Below are positions 11,012 to 23,000 of a DNA stretch of 64,000 bases, one piece after another. This DNA is from Macrostomum hystrix (taxonomy: Eukaryota; Animalia; Platyhelminthes), in assembly GCA_950097015.1 (NCBI GenBank), contig CATNEN010000001.1, positions 25,730,001 through 25,794,000 on the forward strand, read 5' to 3'. Both the position numbers and the translations under genes were made by a program. Below the pieces are notes generated by a model. That model saw only the letters and a list, made by a program, of their open reading frames with translations, searched no databases and had not been told where the DNA came from. Position 1 is the first letter of the stretch, and each line of letters starts with the position of its first letter.

Positions 11012-14000
11012 ATGGCAGCCGTAGCAGCATGGCTGCCATTCGCACGGGCTGCAGCCATAGGCTGGGTGCCGGTCGCTCAGGGCCCGATGCCACCTCCGCC
11101 TGTGCGCGGTCGTGACTGCGGCAAATCCGACGAGAAACTGGTGATCAGCGTCTCAGGTAGGAAGTTTGTCACCTGGCGCAATACTCTGGAGAAGTATCCG
11201 GACACTCTGCTAGGCAGCGACGAGAAGGAGTACTTCTATGACGACGATGCAAGGCAGTATTTCTTCGATCGCGACCCGGATCTGTTCCGCCACATCCTGG
11301 CGTACTACCGCACGGGCAAGCTGCACTGTCCCAAGCACGAGTGCATCACGGCCTACGACGAGGAGCTGGCCTTCTTTGGCATTATGCCGGACATCATGGG
11401 CGACTGCTGCTACGAGGAATATCGTGACAGGAAGCGCGAGAACAATGAGCGTCTGATGGACGACAAAGACTCGGATACGGAGAACAAGATGCCCAACACT
11501 ACGCTGCGAGAGAAGCTGTGGTGCGCTTTTGAGAACCCCCAGTCCTCCACAGCCGCGCTAGTCATCTATTACGTCACAGGCTTCTTCATCGCCCTCTCCG
11601 TGTTGGCCAACGTTCTGGAAACCATTCCGTGCGGCATTGTGCCAGGAACCCTGTCCAACCCGGCGTGTGGCGATAAGTTTTCAGAGGGCTTCTTCTGCCT
11701 TGACACGGCCTGTGTGCTGATCTTCACTGTGGAATACGCCGCCAGGTTCTACGCTGCGCCTTATCGATTAAAACACATGCGGGCCGTGATGAGTGTCATC
11801 GATATCGTGGCCATCCTGCCCTATTATATCGGCCTGTTCATGCCCGATAACAAAGACCTCAGCGGCGCTTTTGTCACCCTGCGCGTCTTTCGAGTGTTTC
11901 GCATCTTTAAGTTCTCCAGGCACTCCATGGGTCTGAGAATTCTGGGTTACACACTGAAGTCGTGCGTCTCAGAGCTGGGCTTCCTGCTGTTCTCCATGAC
12001 CATGGCTGTCATTATCTTCGCCACGATCATGTTCTACGCTGAGAAGAACCAGCCCAAGACTACCTTCGTCTCCATCCCTGCAGCGTTTTGGTACACCATC
12101 GTTACCATGACGACGCTTGGGTGAGTCGTTCGAAATCGTCCTTTTTTGTCGTTTGAGGCACAAAAAAGGGTTTTTTATCAACTCATAATTACCTAAATTT
12201 TCCTACACTGACGCTCAGAAACATTATTTATTTATCATGAAAAATTTGTTTTCTTGCATGCCAGCTTTGAGTGTATAAACAGGTTTCCTAGCTTGCTCGC
12301 GCCTTGTCTATAAATAGATTGATTATATTCGTGTTAATTCGGTTAGCCCCTTTAAGGCTTTGCGTATAGCCTGCCTGCAGCTGACAGTAATCCAGTAGCA
12401 ATAATAGTGGATGCACATCTATTCACCCTGCTACACGCAGATGAAATCTCAGTAAAACTAGAGGCTCGCTGTGATGAAGCTGTGAGATTTATTCACCCGG
12501 CCCGCTCTCAGAATCCCAGAAATTCCTCATCTAGGAGGTGGGAAGTAAGGATTTGGCACGGCAACCCGCATCAGTATCTGAAACTCAAACAGTAGGGGGG
12601 CATGCATTGGGGCTTACATGCCGCTTGAATCAACTGTTGCCTCGGCTAGGAGAGATGGGGCCCGAACAGAGGCTTATTCGGACACACTATGCGGGATCTG
12701 ATTTATGAGCATAGTCCTGCGAGAAAAGTAGAGAAAAGATCCTTATTAATCCGCGTGATGTGCTTTCATTTTCCCATATCGCTCTGTCTCACCTCTGCTA
12801 CGGGAGGTAGCGAGTCATGTGTGTGCGTGAGCTGCGATAGTAGCTATATTGAGGGATGGTAGAAGGGAGGACTGGCTGCCGCCGCCTCATATCCCTGCTC
12901 TCTCTCTCTCTCGATATATTGATCGATGAGGCAAACGCTCTGGGGAATATGGGAGATCATGCTCTCTCCCTCCCTTATTCCCATGCACCTCCGTGTGTTG
13001 CTTCGCTCCCAAGCGCACGTTTGCCGTCCCGCCTCCTCCGCTGCCAGTCCTCTATGCTTAAACCCTCATTAACTGGCTTCCAGTTTCTCGCCCCGCGATT
13101 TGATACCTATGCCGCTAACTGTGTGCAACCCCCCCTGCTGATGTGAAGAGTTGCTGGAGTGATGGAGACAGCTGTGAGGCTGTGGCCTCAATTAATTCAA
13201 AGCCTAAACATCTGACTGCCTGTCCCATCTCAGCTAATATTTGAGCACCTGCTGTGCGCTTCACTCCTTTTTGTTGGCTGAGTTTTTGGTTCAAATCAGT
13301 CGGTTATCGTAGTGGAGAATGTGGCACCATTTTGCTAGTCACTGAGGGATACAGAACATTGGACAGTATCCAACTGAGGGATCAGTATGATACCGATCAT
13401 ACACTTCAGGGTCAGAAGAATGTATCAATCATTCACTTCAGGATCAATAGAATGTATCAATCATACACTTCAGGGTCAATATAATGTATCAATCATACAC
13501 TTCAGGGTCAGAAGAATGTATCAATCATTCACTTCAGGATCAATAGAATATATCAATCATACACTTCAGGGTCAGAAGAATGTATCAATCATTCACTTCA
13601 GGATCAATAGAATGTATCAATCATACACTTCAGGATCAATAGAATGTATCAATCATTCACTTCAGGGTCAGAAGAATGTATCAATCATTCACTTCAGGAT
13701 CAATAGAATATTTTATTGACCAATCATTCACTTTATGGTTAAATACTTTAGAGTCACTGTATGTTCTCAAAGGATTATAAGACCAAGGAGCATAAGCAAG
13801 AAAATCTGGGTTTCTTGTCGGTTGTATGTGATTTTCTACTTTCTTAAATGCAGGTAAGAAAGCAATTGTCATTCAATGCCAGTTTCCCTGAGAAAACAAC
13901 TGCTGCTTGTGATTACAAAAAATTGTCGTTACTAGCTTTCTCTGCTTCTAGGGAATTTCTTCTCGGGATTAGAGATCCATTAGTAATCCTAGAATGAAGG

Positions 14001-17000
14001 AAAACCCAGTCTACATTTTCCTAGAATGGCAAGGAAAGCTTGTTGAATTCGGGACTGTCCGTCAAATTTCTAAGGAAATTCAGCCTATCCTACCAGAGTT
14101 ACCTGAGACTGCAGGAAGATTAGATGGAGCTAGATCTCTGCTGGAGACAATTTGTAAGCAAATCCTCCGATTTAGAAAATCCAGGTCGCGTTCACTTCTG
14201 TGATTGACATTAACGGTTTCACACCCGTTAACCAAACGGAAAGCAGGTCAGTTTTCAGCTGAATTATACAAATTTGAAACCGTTAGCTCAGCCGCATAGC
14301 AACACGGAGCTGCAAAGTGTGACAGCTGAACATGCACTTTCATGCGCTAAAGTTTCCCTTTAGAGTTTTTTCAAAAACGCGAAATTTGTCAAACCCACCT
14401 ACCCGCCTCCGCGGCTGACTTCCTGACTGTGTGGGGCGAAGGCGCCTCATTTTGGGGGAAATGTCATACACGCACCAGCCCCTGTGTTGTCGTGGCTTTC
14501 TCCCCGTCCTGCGTCCCCTCTATGGCGATATTTAGTGGCTATGGAGGCGACTACCGAGACTTTCAGGCTGTCCGTATGTTGCTCTTTTGTTTTATTACTA
14601 TTCAGCCAATCAGCTTTCTGTTTCACTTCTCTCCCAGTGCTGCATGCTTCACAACTTTTGTCTGACTTCATTTTCGCAGTTGTCGATATTGTGTTTCAAA
14701 CTTTCAACAGTCTGGAAGCGGTGGGTGGAGCATCGACTTTTTATGAAGCGTTCTTCAACGCACGAGTACTTTAAACCTCGCTTAAAGTTTCATTGTGCTT
14801 TTATATGTTTTGCCTAAAACTGCGCAAAATATCTCGTGGCAGTACTAAATCCCGTATCCGCATACCCTATTAAGCTTACAGATCTCTGACATATCAAACC
14901 TAGATCAAGCTAAATCCTAGACCCCAATTCCCGATCCAACTCCCAGAATCTGATCCCACATCCTGCATCTTGATCCCACATCCTGCATCTTGATCCCACA
15001 TCCTGCATCTTGATCCCACATCCTGCATCTCTGATCCCACATCCTGCATCTTGATCCCACATCCTGCATCTCTGATCCCACATCCTGTATCTTGATCCCA
15101 CATCCTGCATCTCTGATCCCACATCCTGTATCTTGATCCCACATCCTGTATCTCTGATCCAACATCCTGCATCTCTGATCCCACATCCTGCATCTCTGAT
15201 CCCACATCCTGCATCTCTGATCCCACATCCTGCATCTTGATCCCACATCCTGCATCTTGATCCCACATCCTGCATCTCTGATCCCACATCCTGCATCTTG
15301 ATCCCACATCCTGCATCTCTGATCCCACATCCTGTATCTTGATCCCACATCCTGCATCTCTGATCCCACATCCTGTATCTTGATCCCACATCCTGTATCT
15401 CTGATCCAACATCCTGCATCTCTGATCCCACATCCTGCATCTCTGATCCCACATCCTGCATCTCTGATCCCACATCCTGCATCTCTGATCCCACATCCTG
15501 CATCTCTGATCCCACATCCTGCATCTTGATCCCACATCCTGCATCTCCGATCCCACATCCTGCATCTCTGATCCCACATCCTGCATCTCTGATCCCACAT
15601 CCTGTATCTCTGATCCCACATCCTGTATCTCTGATCCCACATCCTGCATCTCTGATCCCACATCCTGCATCTCTGATCCCACATCCTGCATCTCTGATCC
15701 CATACCCTGCATCTCTGATCCCAAATCCTAGATCTATGATTCTAGATTTCTAAACCCTGATCCTACATTTCATTTCATATATATTAGTGCATATTAACTT
15801 TTCTTGAACTCTTGTCTTTGTCTTCGAGAAAGACTTGTGTTTTACTGTTTTCTTCAGTTCTAACTACTCTCTTGGATGACAAGTGGTAATTGTTCTCCTC
15901 ATTTCACTCACCTAATTTGTGATCGTTGGAGCAAAAGACAAATTATAAAAGATTTAAAGGGCCAGAACCGGTTTGGCCCCGACTTTCCAACCTTATTAAC
16001 ATTTACCTTTCCCCTGCCGCGGGCGGTGCAAAAACGTGAAAAAGGGAAAAAGAGAAAAATTAATGGGCCCTGGCACACTGGGCAGCAATGTCCGTAATTG
16101 GTTTGCCATTCTGGCCCAGTCAGCCCACTTACTGTGCGCAGCTTCGAGGAAAAGACAGTGCGAGACGCGCGCAGTTACGACACCCTCACAATGCCTTTTG
16201 AAGCCTTCGGTTCTGCCTTCCCTTTGGACTGAGGAGCCGCAGATTGGTCAAAAATATTTCCAGGCCTGCATTCAAATCTCTCTGCAGCGAAGTTGTTAGT
16301 TTCGGAGATCTTTGAAGCAAAAATATGACGATTCCAGGGGGACTGGAAGAAAGACAGGAAAAGGTTAAAGCTGGAACGGCCCTGTGCTATGCTCCGTGTG
16401 TTCCAGCTGGAATGGCCCTGTGCTATGCTCCGTGTGTCCCAGCTGGAATGGCCCTGTGCTATGCTTCGTGTGTCCCAGCTGGAATGGCCCTGTGCTATGC
16501 TCCGTGTGTCCCAGCTGGAATGGCCCTGTGCTATGCTCCGTGTGTTCCAGCTGGAATGGCCCTGTGCTATGCTCCGTGTGTCCCAGCTGGAATGGCCCTG
16601 TGCTATGCTCCGTGTGTCCCAGCTGGAATGGCCCTGTGCTATGCTCCGTGTGTCCCAGCTGGAATGGCCCTGTGCTATGCTCCGTGTGTTCCAGCTGGAA
16701 TGGCCCTGTGCTATGCTCCGTGTGTCCCAGCTGGAATGGCCCTGTGCTATGCTCCGTGTGTTCCAGCTGGAATGGCCCTGTGCTATGCTCCGTGTGTCCC
16801 AGCTGGAATGGCCCTGTGCTATGCTCCGTGTGTTCCAGCTGGAATGGCCCTGTGCTATGCTCCGTGTGTCCCAGCTGGAATGGCCCTGTGCTATGCTCCG
16901 TGTGTCCCAGCTGGAATGGCCCTGTGCTATGCTCCGTGTGTCCCAGCTGGAACGGCCCTGTGCTATGCTCCGTGTGTTCCAGCTGGAATGGCCCTGTGCT

Positions 17001-20000
17001 ATGCTCCGTGTGTTCCAGCTGGAATGGCCCTGTGCTATGCTCCGTGTGTCCCAGCTGGAATGGCCCTGTGCTATGCTCCGTGTGTTCCAGCTGGAACGGC
17101 CCTGTGCTATGCTCCGTGTGTTCCAGCTGGAATGGCCCTGTGCTATGCTCCGTGTGTCCCATCTGGAATGGCCCTGTGCTATGCTCCGTGTGTTCCAGCT
17201 GGAATGGCCCTGTGCTATGCTCCGTGTGTTCCAGCTGGAACGGCCCTGTGCTATGCTCCGTGTGTCCCATCTGGAATGGCCCTGTGCTATGCTCCGTGTG
17301 TTCCAGCTGGAATGGCCCTGTGCTATGCTCCGTGTGTCCCATCTGGAATGGCCCTGTGCTATGCTCCGTGTGTTCCAGCTGGAATGGCCCTGTGCTATGC
17401 TCCGTGTGTCCCATCTGGAATGGCCCTGTGCTATGCTCCGTGTGTTCCAGCTGGAATGGCCCTGTGCTATGCTCCGTGTGTTCCAGCTGGAATGGCCCTG
17501 TGCTATGCTCCGTGTGTCCCATCTGGAATGGCCCTGTGCTATGCTCCGTGTGTTTCAGCTGGAATGGCCCTGTGCTATGCTCCGTGTGTTCCAGCTGGAA
17601 TGGCCCTGTGCTATGCTCCGTGTGTTCCAGCTGGAATGGCCCTGTGCTATGCTCCGTGTGTTCCAGCTGGAATGGCCCTGTGCTATGCTCCGTGTGTTCC
17701 AGCTGGAATGGCCCTGTGCTATGCTCCGTGTGTTCCAGCTGGAATGGCCCTGTGCTATGCTCCGTGTGTTCCAGCTGGAACGGCCCTGTGCTATGCTCCG
17801 TGTGTTCCAACTGGAACGGCCCTGTGCTATGCTCCGTGTGTCCCAGCTGGAATGGCCCTGTGCTATGCTCCGTGTGTTCCAGCTGGAACGGCCCTGTGCT
17901 ATGCTCCGTGTGTTCCAGCTGGAACGGCCCTGTGCTATGCTCCGTGTGTTCCAGCTGGAATGGCCCTGTGCTATGCTCCGTGTGTCCCATCTGGAATGGC
18001 CCTGTGCTATGCTCCGTGTGTTCCAGCTGGAATGGCCCTGTGCTATGCTCCGTGTGTTCCAGCTGGAATGGCCCTGTGCTATGCTCCGTGTGTTCCAGCT
18101 GGAATGGCCCTGTGCTATGCTCCGTGTGTCCCAGCTGGAATGGCCCTGTGCTATGCTCCGTGTGTCCCAGCTGGAATGGCCCTGTGCTATGCTCCGTGTG
18201 TTCCAGCTGGAATGGCCCTGTGCTATGCTCCGTGTGTTCCAGCTGGAATGGCCCTGTGCTATGCTCCGTGTGTTCCAGCTGGAATGGCCCTGTGCTATGC
18301 TCCGTGTGTTCCAGCTGGAATGGCCCTGTGCTATGCTCCGTGTGTTCCAGCTGGAATGGCCCTGTGCTATGCTCCGTGTGTTCCAGCTGGAATGGCCCTG
18401 TGCTATGCTCCGTGTGTTCCAGCTGGAATGGCCCTGTGCTATGCTCCGTGTGTTCCAGCTGGAATGGCCCTGTGCTATGCTCCGTGTGTTCCAGCTGGAA
18501 TGGCCCTGTGCTATGCTCCGTGTGTTCCAGCTGGAATGGCCCTGTGCTATGCTCCGTGTGTCCCAGCTGGAATGGCCCTGTGCTATGCTCCGTGTGTTCC
18601 AGCTGGAACGGCTCTGTGTACATTTTGCCATTTCATCTCTCTCTCTCTTTTCAAATTTGTGTCTCTGATCTGCCCATAGTTGATTCCTAGCAAAGCTGCA
18701 CTACATGCTCATGCATCTTCTCTCTCTTCAATCCGGTATCTGTCCATTGTTCATTCATGTTCAAGGGTGACCAATTCAAATATTCATAGGGCTAATTGCG
18801 TCTATTGAATTAATTTCCAGCTTTTGAACGAATTAATTTGCAACATTGTTGGCTCAGTATTTCTCTGCCATATTTCTCCACTGCATTTTAGGTCAATTAT
18901 ATCATCGTATTTTATTCAAACTGAAATCCTGACTCAGATTATGAAACTGTGCTATTTAATGGGTTAGAAACGAACTTGAAAATCCGCCTGACATTACCGA
19001 TAGATTTTTTGCATTGATACTGTGGTCTGCAACAGAATTGGTTGAACTCCTGCTGCACAGTCTGTGACAGAATTGGTTGAACTCTTGCTGCACAGTCTGT
19101 GACAGAATTGGTTGAACTCCTGCTGCACAGTCTGTGACAGAATTGGTTGAGCTCTTGCTGCACAGTCTGTGACAGAATTGGTTGAACTCTTGCTGCACAG
19201 TCTGTGACAGAATCGGTTGAACTCCTGCTGCACAGTCTGTGACAGAATTGGTTGAACTCTTGCTGCACAGTCTGTGACAGAATTGGTTGAACTCTTGCTG
19301 CACAGTCTGTGACAGAATTGGTTGAACTCTTGCTGCACAGTCTGTGACAGATTTGGTTGAACTCTTGCTGCACAGTATGTGGCAGAATCGGTTGAACTCT
19401 TGCTGCACAGTCTGTGACAGAATTGGTTGAACTCTTGCTGCACAGTCTGCAACAGAATCGGTTGAACTCTTGCTGCACAGTCTGTGACAGAATTGGTTGA
19501 ACTCTTGCTGCACAGTCTGTGGCAGAATTGGTTGAACTCCTGCTGCACAGTCTGTGACAGAATTGGTTGAACTCTTGCTGCACAGTCTGTGACAGAATCG
19601 GTTGAACTCTTGCTGCACAGTCTGTGACAGAATTGGTTGAGCTCTTGCTGCACAGTCTGCAACAGAATCGGTTGAACTCTTGCTGCACAGTCTGTGGCAG
19701 AATTGGTTGAACTCCTGCTGCACAGTCTGTGACAGAATCGGTTGAACTCTTGCTGCACAGTCTGTGACAGAATCGGTTGAACTCTTGCTGCACAGTCTGC
19801 AACAGAATCGGTTGAACTCTTGCTGCACAGTCTGTGACAGAATCGGTTGAGCTCTTGCTGCACAGTCTGTGACAGATTTGGTTGAACTCTTGCTGCACAG
19901 TCTGTGACAGAATTGGTTGAACTCTTGCTGCACAGTCTGTGACAGAATCGGTTGAACTCCTGCTGCACAGTCTGTGACAGAATCGGTTGAGCTCTTGCTG

Positions 20001-23000
20001 CACAGTCTGTGACAGAATTGGTTGAACTCTTGCTGCACAGTCTGTGACAGAATTGGTTGAACTCTTGCTGCACAGTCTGTGACAGAATTGGTTGAGCTCT
20101 TGCTGCACAGTCTGTGGCAGAATTGGTTGAACTCTTGCTGCACAGTCTGTGGCAGAATTGGTTGAAACTGTTGGACAGAACTCTTGTAGACCCCTTGCAC
20201 TCATTTTCGCATGCTAATTACTGCGAAACGGTCTCCCATGCCTTGAACAAAATTGCAATAGTGTAATAAAGTCTCGAGCAAAGAAATATTTTATATCTCT
20301 AGAGCAATATTTCGGTCGGCAATGATAATTAGACTAATTAAAACAATGGCATGTGGTTGTGCTGATTGAAGTGTTTTTTATCTGACGCTAGGGAGACGAG
20401 TTGCGAGCAAAGGTTGTACTTTATTCGATGACCTATTTCAGTGCTTTGGCTAAACCACAGACTGTGTGGTTTAGTCTGCACGAAGGGCTGTAGGAGGTCT
20501 GTTCCTGCAGGGTTGCCGCTCTCAGCAGCAACGGTGGATTTCTCCCAGGAGAGAGCGAGTAAGGGAGAAGAGAGAAGAGCCGGATGGGCTCTGTTTGATT
20601 GCCAATAAATCAATGCTGTCCCATGGTTGCTATGGTTGCTAAGCCAACTGAAAATGCCGATGCTGACATGTCTGCGGGAGTGGCACATCAGTTTGCTTAG
20701 CTCTCTCCGGTGCATAAACGCTGTGGAATTCGATTCGCTGCTTTGTAGGGCCAGTAGGCTGCAGCGACTTCTGATGTCAGTCAAGGCAATGAGTCTCCGT
20801 GTTGTCTCACATCGATCTCACGTTTCTGTCTCTTATGCCTGTGTCCGTTCTCTCCTCTCCGTTAGATCAAGGTATCGACTAAAGTTGCTTGTCCTGCAAA
20901 GCACACTGCAGCAGATCTTCACATTTGAGCAAGATTCTTCAATAAGAATACGTTCTGTATATTACACCAATCTGTGTATGTACACACAGATACTATTTCT
21001 AATGGTTTGTTTGCAGATCTGTCAGGGTTGTTGGATTAGTATAATTAGTATCACCATGATAACTGAGTATATCACAATGATACCTGAGTATATCACAATG
21101 ATACCTGAGTATATCACCATGATACCTGAGTATCTCACCATGATACCTGAGTATCTCACCATGATACCTGAGTATTGAATTCCTTGTTCTAAATATCAGG
21201 TTTTTAGCCTATAAAAGTCTCCACAAACATTTTTTTTGTATTACACCTGCCCAATTGGGTCAGATGTGCAGCCGACAGCACAGCCGCAGCTAATGCGCGG
21301 CGCATCTGAAGGCTGCGTACAGCTGTTCAGTCCATGGACTGGGGGGACGCCACACCCACCTTCAATTATCCCAGCTGATGCTGGTACCCATTTAACAGCT
21401 GGGTGAACTGAAGCAATGCAGAGTTAAGTGTCTTGCTAAAGGACACAAATTGTTCAGGGGAGTCGGGAATCGAACCCCCGACCTTCAAGTCGTGAGTCCG
21501 ACGCCCTAACCACTAGGCTACAACCACTCCTCCACAAACATACTAGCATTCCATTTCCACCTCAACTAGCTACGGCGACATGGTCCCATTGACCATCGTG
21601 GGCAAGATCGTTGGCGGCATTTGCTCACTGTCCGGCGTGCTTGTGATCGCCCTGCCCGTGCCTGTTATCGTGAGCAGCTTCTCTCGCATCTACCACCAGA
21701 ACCAGCGGGCTGACAAGCGAAAGGCCCAGAAGGTGAGCTGTTTCCTGTTCGCAGCCTCCGCTCCATCAGTTGTTGTTGTTGCTGCTGAATAAGACCAGCT
21801 CGTGTGTTGTGCACCTCCGCAGAAGGCGCGCCTGGCCCGCATCAAGATGGCCAAGAACGCCTCCGGCGCCGCCTTCATCAGCAGCAAGAAGCGCGCTGAA
21901 GAGCGACGCCGCGCCCAGGCGGAGCTGCTGCAGGCGGCGGCTGATGCGGCGGCCGCGGAGGCGGTCGAACGCGGCGGCGGGCCCGAAACGGCGGCTCAAC
22001 ACTTTGAACTGCCCGACGATACGGACGTATTCGAGCTCCAGCACCATCACCTGCTCACCTGCCTGGAGAGAACTACGGTGTGTGGCCACCTGCCAGTCAC
22101 AGAATCGACAAATGCGTCCCGTTTATGAAACTTTCCCTTTTCGTTTCTAAACCTGCTTCCTAGTTTTAAAGGTGAAGTTCTTTCTGCTTTTCACTTCACT
22201 GATAATCAATAGGCATGATCAGCTTAGCAGTCCTCACGAATACAGGTTCAAGCAGTCTAATATGCACTCTAGTGTCTTAGAATTATGTGCCATTCTGCTG
22301 TTTGCTGAGGTCGGAGCCTATCCTTCCTTGCTTGCACTTTAGAAAAGGTACGAAGCTATTTTTAGACACCTATTCAGATAGCTTATTCTGAGCGCGAACC
22401 GTATTCTTCATCCTTGTCCCAGCTCAGTGTGAGCAGCTCTGTGTGAGCAGCTCTGTGTGAGCAGCTCAGTGTGAGCAGCTCTGTGTGAGCAGCTCTGTGT
22501 GAGCAGCTCAGTGTGAGCAGCTCTGTGTGAGCAGCTCAGTGTGAGCAGCTAAGCTGAGCTGAGAAATAACAAAAATAAGGATCCTCAGATGACACTCAGG
22601 TGACACTCTCAGATCCTCAGGTAACTGACACTCTCAGATCCTCAGGTGACACTCTCAGATCCTCAGGTGACTCTCAGATCCTCAGGTAACTGACACTCTC
22701 AGATCCTCAGGTGACACTCTCAGATCCTCAGGTGACACTCTCAGATCCTCAGGTAACTGACACTCAGATCCTCAGGTGACACTCTCAGATCCTCAGGTAA
22801 CTGACACTCTTAGATCCTCAGGTAACTGACACTCTCAGATCCTCAGGTGACACTCTCAGATCCTCAGGTGACACTCTCAGATCCTTAGTCGAGTTTCGGA
22901 ACTGTAACACCGAGACCTATTTACTTTTTGCGAGAAAAGTCGGTTACTCTGGTTGCACTTTTCTGCAGGATCGCGAATTCATAGAAATCGATCACCTGCA

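Noticed and set aside
16325-18690. 750-780 aa ORFs in several frames (and similar ORFs at 6734, 14900, 18939, 24391, 25724, 28245, 32252, 37863)
   Set aside because: They are translations of stop-free minisatellite units, open on both strands, and mostly lie inside introns or gene flanks.
20627-21178. 183-aa ORF in Kv4 intron 1
   Set aside because: No recognisable domain, non-ATG start, and it ends in a 21-bp repeat.
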